From positions 1 through 53,312 of the forward strand of contig CAVVMY010000002.1 of NCBI GenBank assembly GCA_963749405.1: DNA of 53,312 bases, in the 5' to 3' direction. The number at the start of each line of letters is the position of its first letter. Within the stretch, counting starts at the first letter, position 1. The notes under the pieces were generated by a model. That model did not search any database. It was given only the letters and a program-made list of their open reading frames with translations, and was not told the origin of the DNA. The DNA comes from Candidatus Altiarchaeales archaeon (lineage in GTDB: Archaea; Altiarchaeota; Altiarchaeia; IMC4; QMZM01). Made by a program: the position numbers and the translations under genes. Shown one piece after another: positions 1-10,032 of this stretch.

Positions 1-2049
1 GCGCGCGGAGACCTCGGCAGAAACACTCCCGCTGAGGACGTCCAAATCGAGCAGAAAATGATAATAAAAAAATTGGCAACAGGAAAAAGAAGTAGCCGGC
101 TATAACGGCCGACAGAGATGCTACTCTCCATCTACATATTTAATATTCCTGAGCGCGCAGAAGCAAGTGTATGTAGCAAACGCGGCACTGGACTACGAAG
201 ACGCACTCATGCTGTCAGAGAATATAGTCGATAGGAAAATAGCCAGTGCTTGCAAGTCAAGACAATGAATAAAATAATAAACGCAAACAAAGAAAAGAAA
301 ACACCTGCTAAAAAACCTGCTGAAAACGAAATCAGCCGCTTAATTTCTCCACGAATACGTCGATTTTATCCTGAAAAAGGTGTTCTTTAAGTACGTGACG
401 TAAGCTTGGCCTTTACTGCGTCCTTAGGTCTCTTTAAGCTCGATTCCTGAACTGGTAAGGGACTTGCTGACAGCACCAACTGCAGCCTGAACCTTCACCC
501 CTGAGGTCTTCTTCTAATGCGCTAAGAAGGATCTTATTCTCATCGCCGGACACCGACGCAAAAGCGTATTCTCTTAAACTTCTTCCTGTTCTGAGAAACA
601 AAAGACCTCATAGGCGAAAGAGTGCCCTCAGCCCAAACAGGCGCGCATAATACTACCAGATGGTACAACCTCCTCCGGGTCTTTTACTAATTGTAGGCCT
701 AATCTCAGACTTCAGCTTAAAAAATCCCGCGAAAACCCGAAAGCATAAAACCGAATGCGCCCTCTGACCGGTCTGCCTTTTTCTCGTGATTTTCTCCAGA
801 TCCGCGCGCCTAACCCACTGCAAGCTCTTTAGCAAGCGCTTTGTTGTTGCCTGACCAGGAATAATAAGCTATTATAGCGTTTTCATGAGTTAATTATCGG
901 TTCGGTTGCAAATAAAGGCGATTTGTGTGCGATCAGCGCTGGAGCCTGCTGGCTCAGCAGTAAAAAATAGTTGCCTTAAAATAGAAAGCTACTCACAATT
1001 TTTTCCAGGATTTGCTCCGTTATTTCTCCCCCTTCAAGTTGGGTCTTCATTTTTATTGTAATACCCCGCTGCTTGCAGCGGGGTCGTTCCCCTTGCAAAT
1101 AAATAGGTTTTGTGTGTAAATAATTGTGTGGATTTAGGTAGGGCTTTGCATTGTGTGTATAAGATTAGGTATCATATGGTTTTGTGTGTGAAGTATCGCA
1201 AGGGGCTGATTAGGGGGGAGTTGGAATGTATCTCTGTGAAGTTTTGAAGGGTACTCGCGATAGGTATGAGTTTGAGTTGGATGCCGTTGGTTGCGACTGG
1301 TAATCACGTGTATGCCTTTGTTCGGGCGGGTCCCAGGTATGCCCCTGCCAGGGTGATGAAGGTGATGAAAAGCGTGTACTGACCGCCTGTTCTTTCAAAT
1401 TAGCGTTTTCCAGAGGTTAGGAAAACGCTTTGGGCAGCAGAAGTTTGGAGTGATGGCGGATACGTGGTACCGGTCGGAGACGGCGTAACAGAGGACATAA
1501 TCAGAAAGAATAGGTGGAGCAGCAAGGCTCCCCGGAAGAGAAAGTAAATATTACGGTTCCTCAAATGAAGTTTATTGATGTTTACGTCGTAAATACCCCG
1601 CAGCTCTTGCTGCGGGGATATTTATCTTTTTGTCCACTTCTCTCTTTGATACTTTGACTTCCTCTAATCTTCCGTCTTTGTGATGACCCTTCTTGTATAG
1701 TTTTCCATTTTTATATTTTCTCAAGACGTTTTTGAACTTCTTTAGTCAGGTTTTCAAGGGTTATGTCATTGTTGGCTATCTTAGGGACAAGTATATTATA
1801 CCGTTTGGAGGCATATTAAGCCTATAATCGTTGGTTTTGACGATAAAGGCAGACTCGGCAGCAGTCCTTTTTTCCTGTCGCAGAAGGGATGTTCCGAATA
1901 ATCTCATACCACAAGATAGCAGCAGCCTTTGCCAAATCCTTGGAGAGTCCCCTGAAGGCTTCAGCATTCTAAGCTTTGAATCAATGAACCGAAGAGGACC
2001 TTTATTCAAATACGGAATAGCCAAGACTGCTATTGATTTACTTTCAGTC

Positions 2050-2398
2050 GATGAAATAATAAGAAATCAATAGCAGTCTTGGTTATTCCGTATTGAATAA
2101 AGGTCCTCTTGAGTTCATTGATTCAAAGCTTGGATCGCTCAAGCCTTCAGGGGACTTCTCCAAGGATTTGGCAAAGGCTGCTGCTATCTTGTGGTATGAG
2201 ATTATTCGGAATCATCCCTTCTGCGACGGGAACAAAAGGACTGCTGCCGAGTCTGCCTTGTTCATCGTCAAAACCAACGATTATAGGCTTAATATGCCTC
2301 CAAACGGTATAATATACTTGTCCCTTAAGATAGCCAACAATGACATAACCCTTGAAAACCTGACTAAAGAAGTTCAAAAACGTCTTGAGAAAATATAA
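2050..2398 (+). CDS. doc: Fic/Doc family toxin (Doc-type), 5' end lost at the fold-back axis
   Basis: HPFCDGNKRT motif (the Doc-type K variant of the Fic motif). Upstream of ORF 2093 the sequence reads DEIIEINSSLGYSVLNKG if one extra A near 2060 is removed. Confidence 0.85.
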
Positions 2399-2484
2399 AA
2401 ATGGAAAACTATACGAGAAGGGTCATCCACAAAGACGGAAGAATAGAGGAAGTCAAAGTATCAAAGAGAGAAGTGGACAAAAAG

Positions 2485-3042
2485 ATAAATATCCCCGCAG
2501 CAAGCTGCGGGGTATTTACGACGTAAACGTGGTAAGCTTCATTTGAGCGTAATCTTCTTTCTCTTCAGGGGAGCCTTGCTGCTCAACATATCTTCTGATT
2601 ATGTCCTCTGTTACGCCGTCTCCAACAGTTCCTACGTATCCGCCATCACTCCAAAACTCTGCTCCCCAAAGCGTTTTCCTAACCTCTGGAAAACGCTCAA
2701 AGAGCAGGCGGGCAGATACGCTTTTCATCACCTGCATCACCCTGGCAGGGGCATACCTGGGAGCAGCCCCAACAAAGGCGTGCACGTGATTACCGTCGCA
2801 ACCAACGGCATCCAACTCAAACTCATACCTATCGCCAATACCCTTCAAAACTTCACAGAGATACGATTCCAACTCCCCCCTAATCAGCCCCTTGCGATAC
2901 TTCACACACAAAACCATATGATACCTAATCTTATACACACAATGCGAAGCCCTACCTAAATCCACACAATTATTTACACACAAAACCTATTTACTTGCAA
3001 GGGGAACGACCCCGCTGCAAGCAGCGGGGTATTACGATAAAA
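2485..3042 (-). mobile_element. IS200-type insertion sequence (tnpA only, ~558 bp)
   Basis: tnpA is flanked by subterminal hairpins ccccgcagc-aa-gctgcgggg (2493-2512) and accccgctgc-aa-gcagcggggt (3009-3030). ATAAA occurs at both junctions (2485-2489 and 3043-3047). No tnpB. Confidence 0.85.
2516..2983 (-). CDS. tnpA: IS200/IS605 family Y1 (HUH) transposase
   Basis: YHMVLCVKYRK, HUH motif NHVH, FWSDGGYVGTVG, and catalytic Tyr in IRRYVEQQ. Confidence 0.95.
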   Translation of the reverse strand: MCVNNCVDLGRASHCVYKIRYHMVLCVKYRKGLIRGELESYLCEVLKGIGDRYEFELDAVGCDGNHVHAFVGAAPRYAPARVMQVMKSVSARLLFERFPEVRKTLWGAEFWSDGGYVGTVGDGVTEDIIRRYVEQQGSPEEKEDYAQMKLTTFTS

Positions 3043-3200
3043 ATAAAGACCCAACTAAAGGAAGACCAGGAAATGTTGCAAATCCTGGAAAAATTATAAT
3101 CCTTTTCTATTTTAAGGCAACTATTTTTACTCTAGCCAGCAGGCTCGGCGCTGATCGCACACAAATCGCCCTTATTTGCAACCGAACCGATAATTAACTC

Positions 3201-3737
3201 ATGAAAACACTCATCGCTTATTATTCCTGGTCAGGCAACAACGAAGCGCTTGCTAAAGAGCTTGCAGGAAAGTTGGGCGCGGATCTGGAGAAGATCACAG
3301 AAAAAGGCAGCCGGTCAGAGGGCGCATTCGGTTTTATGCTTTCGGGTTTTCAGGGATTTTTTAAGCTGAAGGCTGGGATCCGGCCTGCCGTAAAAGACCC
3401 GGAGGATTATGATCTGGTAGTATTATGCGCGCCTGTTTGGGCTGGGGGCATTTCTTCGCCTATGAGGTCTTATGTTTCTCAGAACAGGAAGAAGTTTAAG
3501 AGGATCGCTTTTGCGTCGGTGTCCGGCGATGAGAATAATCCTAAGGCTTTGGCGGATTTGGAGAAGACTGCAGGTATGAAGGTTCCGGCTGCATTGGTGC
3601 TGTCGGCATCTGTTACCAGTTCGGGATCGACTAAAGACCCTAAGGACGCAGTAAAGGCCAAGCTTACGTCAGCAGACTTGAAGAACGCCTTTTTTCAGGA
3701 TAAAATCGACGTATTCGTGGAGAAATTAAGCGGCTGA
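3201..3737 (+). CDS. Flavodoxin-like protein
   Basis: N-terminal [11 protein letters not shown]-phosphate loop; [14 protein letters not shown]. Confidence 0.85.
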   Translation: MKTLIAYYSWSGNNEALAKELAGKLGADLEKITEKGSRSEGAFGFMLSGFQGFFKLKAGIRPAVKDPEDYDLVVLCAPVWAGGISSPMRSYVSQNRKKFKRIAFASVSGDENNPKALADLEKTAGMKVPAALVLSASVTSSGSTKDPKDAVKAKLTSADLKNAFFQDKIDVFVEKLSG

Positions 3738-4442
3738 TTTCGTTTTCAGCAGGTTTTTTAGCAGGTGTTTTCTTTTCTCTGTTGCGTTTATTATTTTATT
3801 CATTGTCTTGACTGCAAGCACTGGGTATTTTCCTATGGCTGTCTCTTCTGACAGCATGAGTGCGTCTGAGCCGTCCAGTACCGCGTTTGCTACGTCGCTT
3901 ACTTCTGCGCGCTCGGGAATCTTTGAATCTGTCATGGAGAGTAGCATCTCTGTCGCAGTTATCGCTGTTTTCTTTTTCCTGTTGCATTTTTTTATTATCA
4001 TTTTCTGCTCGATTGGGACGTCCTCCAGCGGGATGTTTCTGCCGAGGTCTCCGCGCGCGACCATTATTCCGTCGCTTGCATCTATCAATCTGCCTATGTT
4101 CCTGATGCCTCGCTCGGTCTCTATCTTGGATATTATCCTGATCTTTTTGGGGTTGAATGTTTTTCTTATTTCTTTTATCTGTGCAGGGGTTTCTGCAAAT
4201 GAGACTGCGAGGTAGTCGAATTTTTGTTCTGTGAGCCAGGGGATCATTTCCGTGCCTTTTATGTCGTATAGGGTCTTGCATCCGCCTATTTTGTCTAGGC
4301 GGTCTGTGATTTGGAGGTATTGCTTGACGGAGCCGTATTTTGTATTTATTCTGGCGATGTCCATGCCGGAGGAGACCATGGCCTTCAGTACTTTGGGGTT
4401 TTGGCTTGAGGGTCCTATGGTTGCTATTATTTTGACTTTCAT
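3726..4442 (-). CDS. pyk: Minimal pyruvate kinase (barrel domain only, 238 aa)
   Basis: [70 protein letters not shown]. Start taken at ATG 4442. Confidence 0.85.
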   Translation of the reverse strand: MKVKIIATIGPSSQNPKVLKAMVSSGMDIARINTKYGSVKQYLQITDRLDKIGGCKTLYDIKGTEMIPWLTEQKFDYLAVSFAETPAQIKEIRKTFNPKKIRIISKIETERGIRNIGRLIDASDGIMVARGDLGRNIPLEDVPIEQKMIIKKCNRKKKTAITATEMLLSMTDSKIPERAEVSDVANAVLDGSDALMLSEETAIGKYPVLAVKTMNKIINATEKRKHLLKNLLKTKSAA

Positions 4443-4490
4443 TTTTTGCCTTAAACTATAACTTATTTGGAAAGGATTAATACTTAAAGT

Positions 4491-5171
4491 ATGGAGATTG
4501 TCATAAGTCATCTAACCGGGGGCGCCCGTAATGCTACAGGCCTTGTGGTAGTAATCGATGTCTTCAGGGCTGCGTCCACTGCTGCTTACATTTTCGGCAG
4601 CGGAGCGGATGAGATAATACTTGCCGGGAGTTTTGCCGAAGCCTTTGGATGCAAAAAGAGGGACCCTGATTGCGTTCTTGTAGGTGAGAAGCATGGGCTC
4701 TTTGTTCCGGGGTTTGATTATGGCAATTCTCCTTACAAAGCCAGTTTGGTGGATTTTTCAGGGAAGAAAGTGGTCATGAAGACGAGTTCAGGCACGGTAG
4801 GGCTGCTTGCCGCAGGGAAGGCTGATGAAGTATTGTTCGCAGGTTTTGTGAATGCGTCGGCCTCTGCCGAATATGTAAAGAGAAAGAAACCGGCCAGGGT
4901 TACAATCGTTGGGATGGGCTGGGAGGGCAGGAAAAAGACAGACGAAGACGAGTTATGCGCCGAGTATCTTGAGATGCTTCTCACGGATGGAGTTCCTGAT
5001 TTTGAGGGGATAAAGGAGCATCTGCGGCATGCTGAAAGCTCTCAGCGGTTCTTTTCAGATAAGCCTGACTGGTCTGAGAAGGATTTTTATTATTCTCTTG
5101 ACCTGGACAGATTCGGCTATGCCATGAAGGTTGTTAGCAGGGGAAATGAAAAGGTCCTTGTTAAGGCATGA
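4491..5171 (+). CDS. comB: 2-phosphosulfolactate phosphatase (ComB) family protein
   Basis: [37 protein letters not shown]. Confidence 0.85.
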   Translation: MEIVISHLTGGARNATGLVVVIDVFRAASTAAYIFGSGADEIILAGSFAEAFGCKKRDPDCVLVGEKHGLFVPGFDYGNSPYKASLVDFSGKKVVMKTSSGTVGLLAAGKADEVLFAGFVNASASAEYVKRKKPARVTIVGMGWEGRKKTDEDELCAEYLEMLLTDGVPDFEGIKEHLRHAESSQRFFSDKPDWSEKDFYYSLDLDRFGYAMKVVSRGNEKVLVKA

Positions 5172-5215
5172 TAAACTGTTTTCTATGCATGAAAAGCCTA
5201 TATAGGTTATAGAAC

Positions 5216-6289
5216 ATGGAAGATTTTACTTACATAGACTCGCACACAGCCTTAAACGCCGCATGGGATGAATGGGGGGGCGCAGACGTACTGGGCATCG
5301 ACACGGAATGCGAGAACAACCTCCACTACTTTGGCACATTCATATCAATCATACAGGTATCCAGCAAAGACCATAACTGGGTCGTGGATGTCCTGAAACT
5401 GCAGCAGATAGACCCTGTCTTATCGATGCTGGAAGACGCCGGGATAGTTAAGATATTCCATGATGCGAGCTTTGATCTTATGATCCTTTATCATCAGTTC
5501 CGCTGCAGGCCTGTTAATATTTTCGATACCCAGGTAGCGTCGCAGTTCCTTGGCAAAAAAGAGCTTGGCCTTGGGGCTCTTCTGGAAGAGCACTTCGGGG
5601 CATCCAAGGAGAACCATTTTCAGATGATAGATTGGACGCGCCGGCCTCTCTCCAAGGAAATGCTGTCCTACGCAGTAGGGGATACGAAGTATCTGATAGA
5701 ACTGCGGGAAATACTGTCCAATGAGTTGGAGAAAAAGAACCGTATGCACTGGGTGGAGGAAGAGTTCAGAGCCATTGAGGAAAAGGGCTTGGTCTATGAG
5801 GAGAAGAGTTTCATGGAGTTCCCCGGGAATGCGCTTTTCACGGATACGCAGAGATCGGTATTGAAGCATCTCTTTGAGTTGCGCAAGAATATGGCTAAGA
5901 AGGCTAACAAGCCTGCGTATTATATCATAAGCACCAAGCGTTTGACTGAGCTGGTCAAGAGCCCGCCTAAATCTATTGAGGAATGGATGAAAGTAGAGGG
6001 CGTGCATCCCATCGTCAGGAATAATGCCCGGCTGTTCTATGACGAGGTGCAGGAAGCAGTGAAGTGCGGGATAAAGAGGCCTGAAGTCCATAAGGTCCAC
6101 TACACGCCCAAACAGTCTGAGCGTTTGAAAGAACTCTCCGAGCTACGGGAAAAAGCAGCTGCGGAATTGGACATACCAAAGCATCTCCTGCTGTCAAAGG
6201 AGCAGATGCAGGAAATCGCCTTAAGCGGCCATCTCGGATGCCTTAGGAACTGGCAGAAGGAATTATTCTCAGGAGAGGATAAAGACTAA
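5216..6289 (+). CDS. rnd: Ribonuclease D-like DEDDy 3'-5' exonuclease with HRDC domain
   Basis: GIDTE, KIFHDASFDL, FDTQVA, DWTRRPLS, YAVGDT; HRDC-like C-terminal half. Confidence 0.85.
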   Translation: MEDFTYIDSHTALNAAWDEWGGADVLGIDTECENNLHYFGTFISIIQVSSKDHNWVVDVLKLQQIDPVLSMLEDAGIVKIFHDASFDLMILYHQFRCRPVNIFDTQVASQFLGKKELGLGALLEEHFGASKENHFQMIDWTRRPLSKEMLSYAVGDTKYLIELREILSNELEKKNRMHWVEEEFRAIEEKGLVYEEKSFMEFPGNALFTDTQRSVLKHLFELRKNMAKKANKPAYYIISTKRLTELVKSPPKSIEEWMKVEGVHPIVRNNARLFYDEVQEAVKCGIKRPEVHKVHYTPKQSERLKELSELREKAAAELDIPKHLLLSKEQMQEIALSGHLGCLRNWQKELFSGEDKD

Positions 6290-6293
6290 AGCA

Positions 6294-6689
6294 TTATTTG
6301 TCTTCCAGGTAGTTCAGGGCGACAGAGTTGATGCAGAACCTCTTTCCGGTTGGCGGCGGGCCGTCGTCGAAAACATGGCCGAGGTGTCCGCCGCATGATG
6401 CGCACAGTACCTCGGTTCTTTTCATCCCGAAGCTGTTGTCTGGTCCCATCTCCACGCCTCCGGGAGCAGGCGAAAGGAAGCTGGGCCATCCCGTCCCTGA
6501 CTCGAACTTCTCGCCAGAGCGGAACACTTCCTGACCGCAGCCCGCACACAGGTACGCTCCTTTTTTCTTGTTCTCAAAATATTTCCCGGAAAAAGCGCAC
6601 TCTGTTCCCTTGCCTCTCAGCACGCGATACTGCTCAGGCGTAAGGACCTTCCTCCACTCTTCATCGGATCTAACGACCTTTAAGGCCAT
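6294..6689 (-). CDS. msrB: Peptide methionine-(R)-sulfoxide reductase
   Basis: KFESGTGWPSF, RTEV, GHLGHVFDDGP, RFCINS; two CxxC Zn pairs. Confidence 0.97.
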   Translation of the reverse strand: MALKVVRSDEEWRKVLTPEQYRVLRGKGTECAFSGKYFENKKKGAYLCAGCGQEVFRSGEKFESGTGWPSFLSPAPGGVEMGPDNSFGMKRTEVLCASCGGHLGHVFDDGPPPTGKRFCINSVALNYLEDK

Positions 6690-6700
6690 ACCCCAAAAAA

Positions 6701-7510
6701 TTATCGTATCAGTGCATCCACCACGTCAAGTGCTTTCCTGCATCCCCATACGTCGTGAACCCTTACCGCATCCGCTCCGCCCAGGACTGCCAGGCATACT
6801 GTGGCGATGGTCCCTGGAAGCAGTTCCTCATTTGTTCTGGCACCTGTCAGCTTTTTGATGAACGATTTCCTTGAGGTCCCGACCAGCATCGGATAACCCA
6901 GTTCCCTGAATTCCGAAAGCCTCCGCATTATCTTGATATTATGCTCCAGCGTCTTTCCGAAGCCGAAACCGGGATCCAGCATTATCTTCGATATCCCGGC
7001 GCTCTGGGCAGCAGCGATCCGGTCCGTGAAGAAGGCTTTTATCTCGGCCACGACGTCTGCGTATTGCGGGGCATCCTGCATCGTCTCAGGGGAGCCCTGC
7101 ATGTGCATGATAATCACCGAAGCATCGTACCTGGCGATGACATCTATCATCTCCTTATTACGCAGGCCGCTGATATCGTTTATTATGACTGCGCCGGCCT
7201 TAAGGCATTCTTCAGCCACCCCGGGCTTGTATGTGTCAACGGATATCGGGACATCAGCCTCCGATAGTATCCTCCTAATCACGGGAAGCACCCGCCGAAG
7301 CTCTTCTTGCGCTGAGATCGGCTTTACCCCGGGACGGCTGCTTTCCCCGCCAATGTCGATTATGTCCGCTCCCTGCGCCATCATCTCCCCTGCCCTGGCA
7401 ACGGCGCTTTCCACGTCGAAGAACAAGCCCCCGTCTGAGAAGGAATCCTGCGTCACGTTCAAAATCCCCATGATGATAGTCCTCTCCGCGCCTGCCGCAT
7501 TCCCGCTCAT
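6701..7510 (-). CDS. folP: Dihydropteroate synthase
   Basis: MGILNVTQDSFSDGG, DIGGESSRPG, DPGFGFGK, GTSRKSF, VRVHDV. Confidence 0.95.
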   Translation of the reverse strand: MSGNAAGAERTIIMGILNVTQDSFSDGGLFFDVESAVARAGEMMAQGADIIDIGGESSRPGVKPISAQEELRRVLPVIRRILSEADVPISVDTYKPGVAEECLKAGAVIINDISGLRNKEMIDVIARYDASVIIMHMQGSPETMQDAPQYADVVAEIKAFFTDRIAAAQSAGISKIMLDPGFGFGKTLEHNIKIMRRLSEFRELGYPMLVGTSRKSFIKKLTGARTNEELLPGTIATVCLAVLGGADAVRVHDVWGCRKALDVVDALIR

Positions 7511-7516
7511 CTTCTT

Positions 7517-8398
7517 TTAGCTCCAGTCAGCCCATTTGCGGAACTGTTTTTCCTGCGAATCAATGGCCTTTTCCTTGCTGAATTTTTTTACCGTAAGCCC
7601 GGAACGCGACTCTTTTGTGGTAGGTATGTAGATGTCTGATTCCAAGCCCTTGAAGAGGCACACCGGATAATAAGGATGCTGCTCGCCTGCGCGCACACCT
7701 GTCACGCCGCTCTCAGGACACGTCCCGCGCATCCAACCCCGACACCCGATCAGGCCCCTGGACAGGGGCAGCTGCGCGATGAGATAAAAATACAATTGCG
7801 ACGCTATGCACCGAAACTCCGGAGAGGAACGAACGCAAAGACGCAGGGAAAGCATATTGATGAGGGAGCGCAGATTCATAGTAACGTGATACACACCGAC
7901 TGCCTGCGCAAAGGGAAGCGCATATCTTGCGATCTCTCTCGGGGTGCCTTTGGCTATTATCTCACGATATTTTTCCACTGACTCGCTTACAGAGGAATCG
8001 AGCAATTTGTCGGCTCCTGCCTTTTTGAGGTCCTCTTTCATGATATGCAACGGCAGTATGACTTCGTATGCCGGCTCCTTTTTGTCTATGCCCTGAGAAA
8101 CCTCGATATACCTCGTGGAATAACCGGAATGGCTCGCGATCCTGTGCTCAAGGAACTCAGGCGCATTGCCCTTGGACAACTTTACGTCGAACTTGATGAT
8201 GACGTGCTCAAGCGCAGAACTGTAGTCGTTGTTCACGAGCATCTTGAAGACATCCTCGTCCTTTACCTCAGGCGGAACTCCGCTCATCCTGGCAGAATAC
8301 ACTACCTCCTTCCAAGCATCTTTTCCGCCAGCTACTGAAAAATTCCAGACCAAAGGCTTTACAATCTTTATGTCGACCATTTTTTCCTGCCAAATCAA
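7517..8398 (-). CDS. thyX: Flavin-dependent thymidylate synthase (ThyX)-like protein, divergent
   Basis: SALEH, (E)HR-x7-S motif EHRIASHSGYSTRY, REIARYALP, TMNLRSL, LR...EFR. Confidence 0.75.
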   Translation of the reverse strand: MIWQEKMVDIKIVKPLVWNFSVAGGKDAWKEVVYSARMSGVPPEVKDEDVFKMLVNNDYSSALEHVIIKFDVKLSKGNAPEFLEHRIASHSGYSTRYIEVSQGIDKKEPAYEVILPLHIMKEDLKKAGADKLLDSSVSESVEKYREIIAKGTPREIARYALPFAQAVGVYHVTMNLRSLINMLSLRLCVRSSPEFRCIASQLYFYLIAQLPLSRGLIGCRGWMRGTCPESGVTGVRAGEQHPYYPVCLFKGLESDIYIPTTKESRSGLTVKKFSKEKAIDSQEKQFRKWADWS

Positions 8399-8453
8399 TG
8401 CTCCTTATTAAAAAGGATTTTATCAATATAACATCTACACCAAGAAAAAAAAC

Positions 8454-10032
8454 ATGCCCAGAATCGACCTCGAAAAGATACCCCACGAACCGGGATGCTA
8501 CCTCTACAAAGACGCAGCAGACAGGGTGATCTACGTAGGCAAGGCCAAAGACCTGCGCAAACGCGTTTCCTCCTACTTCCAGAAGAACGACCTCGACCCC
8601 AAGACAGAATGCCTTGTCGCAAATATCGCATCACTCGACTACATTATCACAGCCAACGAAAAAGAAGCCCTCATCCTCGAGAACAACCTGATAAAACGGC
8701 ACCTGCCCAAATACAACATCGATCTGAGGGACAGCAAAAGATACGCATACATCATGCTGACAAAAGAGGATTTCCCGAGGATAGTGATAACCAGGAGAAA
8801 AGACGACGAAGGCACCTATTTTGGGCCTTTCACGTCAGCCGAGAAAAGGGATGCAATAATGCATCTTGCAAACAATATCCTTCGGATGCGCACATGCAGG
8901 AAGATCCCGAAAAAGCCCTGCCTGCGGGCGCATATGGGCTACTGCTCCGCGCCGTGCGCAGGAATGACAACAAAGGAGGAGTACGGGCAGCAGGTCGAAG
9001 ACGTAAAAAAAATGCTTTCAGGGAGGGACATGGAGCTTTTGGCCGAGTCTGCGGACCCGCATGTCCTCTGCTGCAAAGAACAAGGAATACGAGCAGGCAA
9101 AGGCATTCAGGGACCAGATTGCAGGCATAGAATTTTTGCAGGAAAAGCAGAACATGGAGACCTGCAGGGAATACGATCAGGACATAATCAATTACCTCGT
9201 CGACAGGAGCATCGTGCGCCTTGCGGTATTCAATGCGGAAAGAGGGATACTTGCAAACAAGGACGAATTCGAGTTCGACTACAGAAAGGACTTTTTGGAG
9301 GAATTCATATTGCAGTATTATGACATGGACGACATACCAAGAGAGATAATCATCCCGGAAAAAGTCGGCGAAGCGCTCGCCGCATACCTGTCCGAGAAGA
9401 GGGGTGCGCCCGTGAAGATAATCATACCCCAGAAAGGCGAGAAAAAGGACCTTTTGGACCTCGTTAAAAAGAACGTCGAGAGGCTATACAAGGAAGACGA
9501 ACTCAACCTTGCAGACCTGCAGGACAAACTCGGCCTCGAAAAGACCCCGCACATAATAGAATGCTTCGACATATCCCACATACAGGGCGCAGACAGCGTA
9601 GGCTCCATGATACGATTCCTTGACGGAAAACCTGAAAAATCGAATTACCGCCGCTTCAAGATAAAGACAATAGAGGGAATAGACGACCCTGCAATGATAG
9701 CGGAAGTCGTCAGGAGACGCTACCAGAGGCTCTTGGAAGAGAAAAAAGAGCTTCCGGACCTCATTGTAATAGACGGGGGAAGAACCCAGCTTTCAGCGGC
9801 TTATAAGGAGCTAAAGAGCCTTGGACTAAAGATCCCGGTTATCGGCCTAGCCAAACGCCTTGAGGAGATATATTTCCCGGGCCTTGCGGAACCGCAATGC
9901 ATAGACCACAAGACAAGAGCACTCAAACTACTCCAGCGCATCCGGGACGAAGCCCACAGGTTCGCGGTCAAATACCACAGAATTCTCCGTAAGAAAAGAG
10001 TTATTCCGGCTCATCGAAAAACTGGGGTATAG
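8454..10032 (+). CDS. uvrC: Excinuclease ABC subunit C (frameshift near 9048, probably a sequencing error)
   Basis: GIY-YIG N-terminus (PGCYLY...IYVGKAKDLRKRVSSYF) in ORF 8454. RNase H-like half (ECFDISH, DLIVIDGG, RIRDEAHRFA) in ORF 9061. Removing T9048 joins the frames (LAELRTRMSS). No HhH tail evident. Confidence 0.92.

Larger units (their letters stand above)
2401..3099 (+). pseudogene. Small (46 aa) putative antitoxin gene interrupted by an IS200-family element
   Basis: Joining 2401-2484 to 3043-3099 gives the open frame MENYTRRVIHKDGRIEEVKVSKREVDKKIKTQLKEDQEMLQILEKL*. It starts 2 nt after the doc stop codon. Confidence 0.65.
1..4058. repeat. Large spacer-less inverted repeat (fold-back): 1-~2049 is a degraded reverse complement of ~2050-4058
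   Basis: Base 1 onward (gcgcgcggagacctcggcagaaac) mirrors ~4035-4058. The left arm holds broken mirror copies of the pyruvate kinase, flavodoxin, tnpA and doc genes. The axis lies in tttca(g)tcgatgaaa at ~2042-2056. Confidence 0.95.

Noticed and set aside
653-2073. ORFs in the left arm (653-835, 1210-1398, 1776-2024, 1831-2073) and an apparent second IS copy at ~1050-1625
   Set aside because: They are error-ridden mirror images of the genes at 2050-4058, not independent loci.
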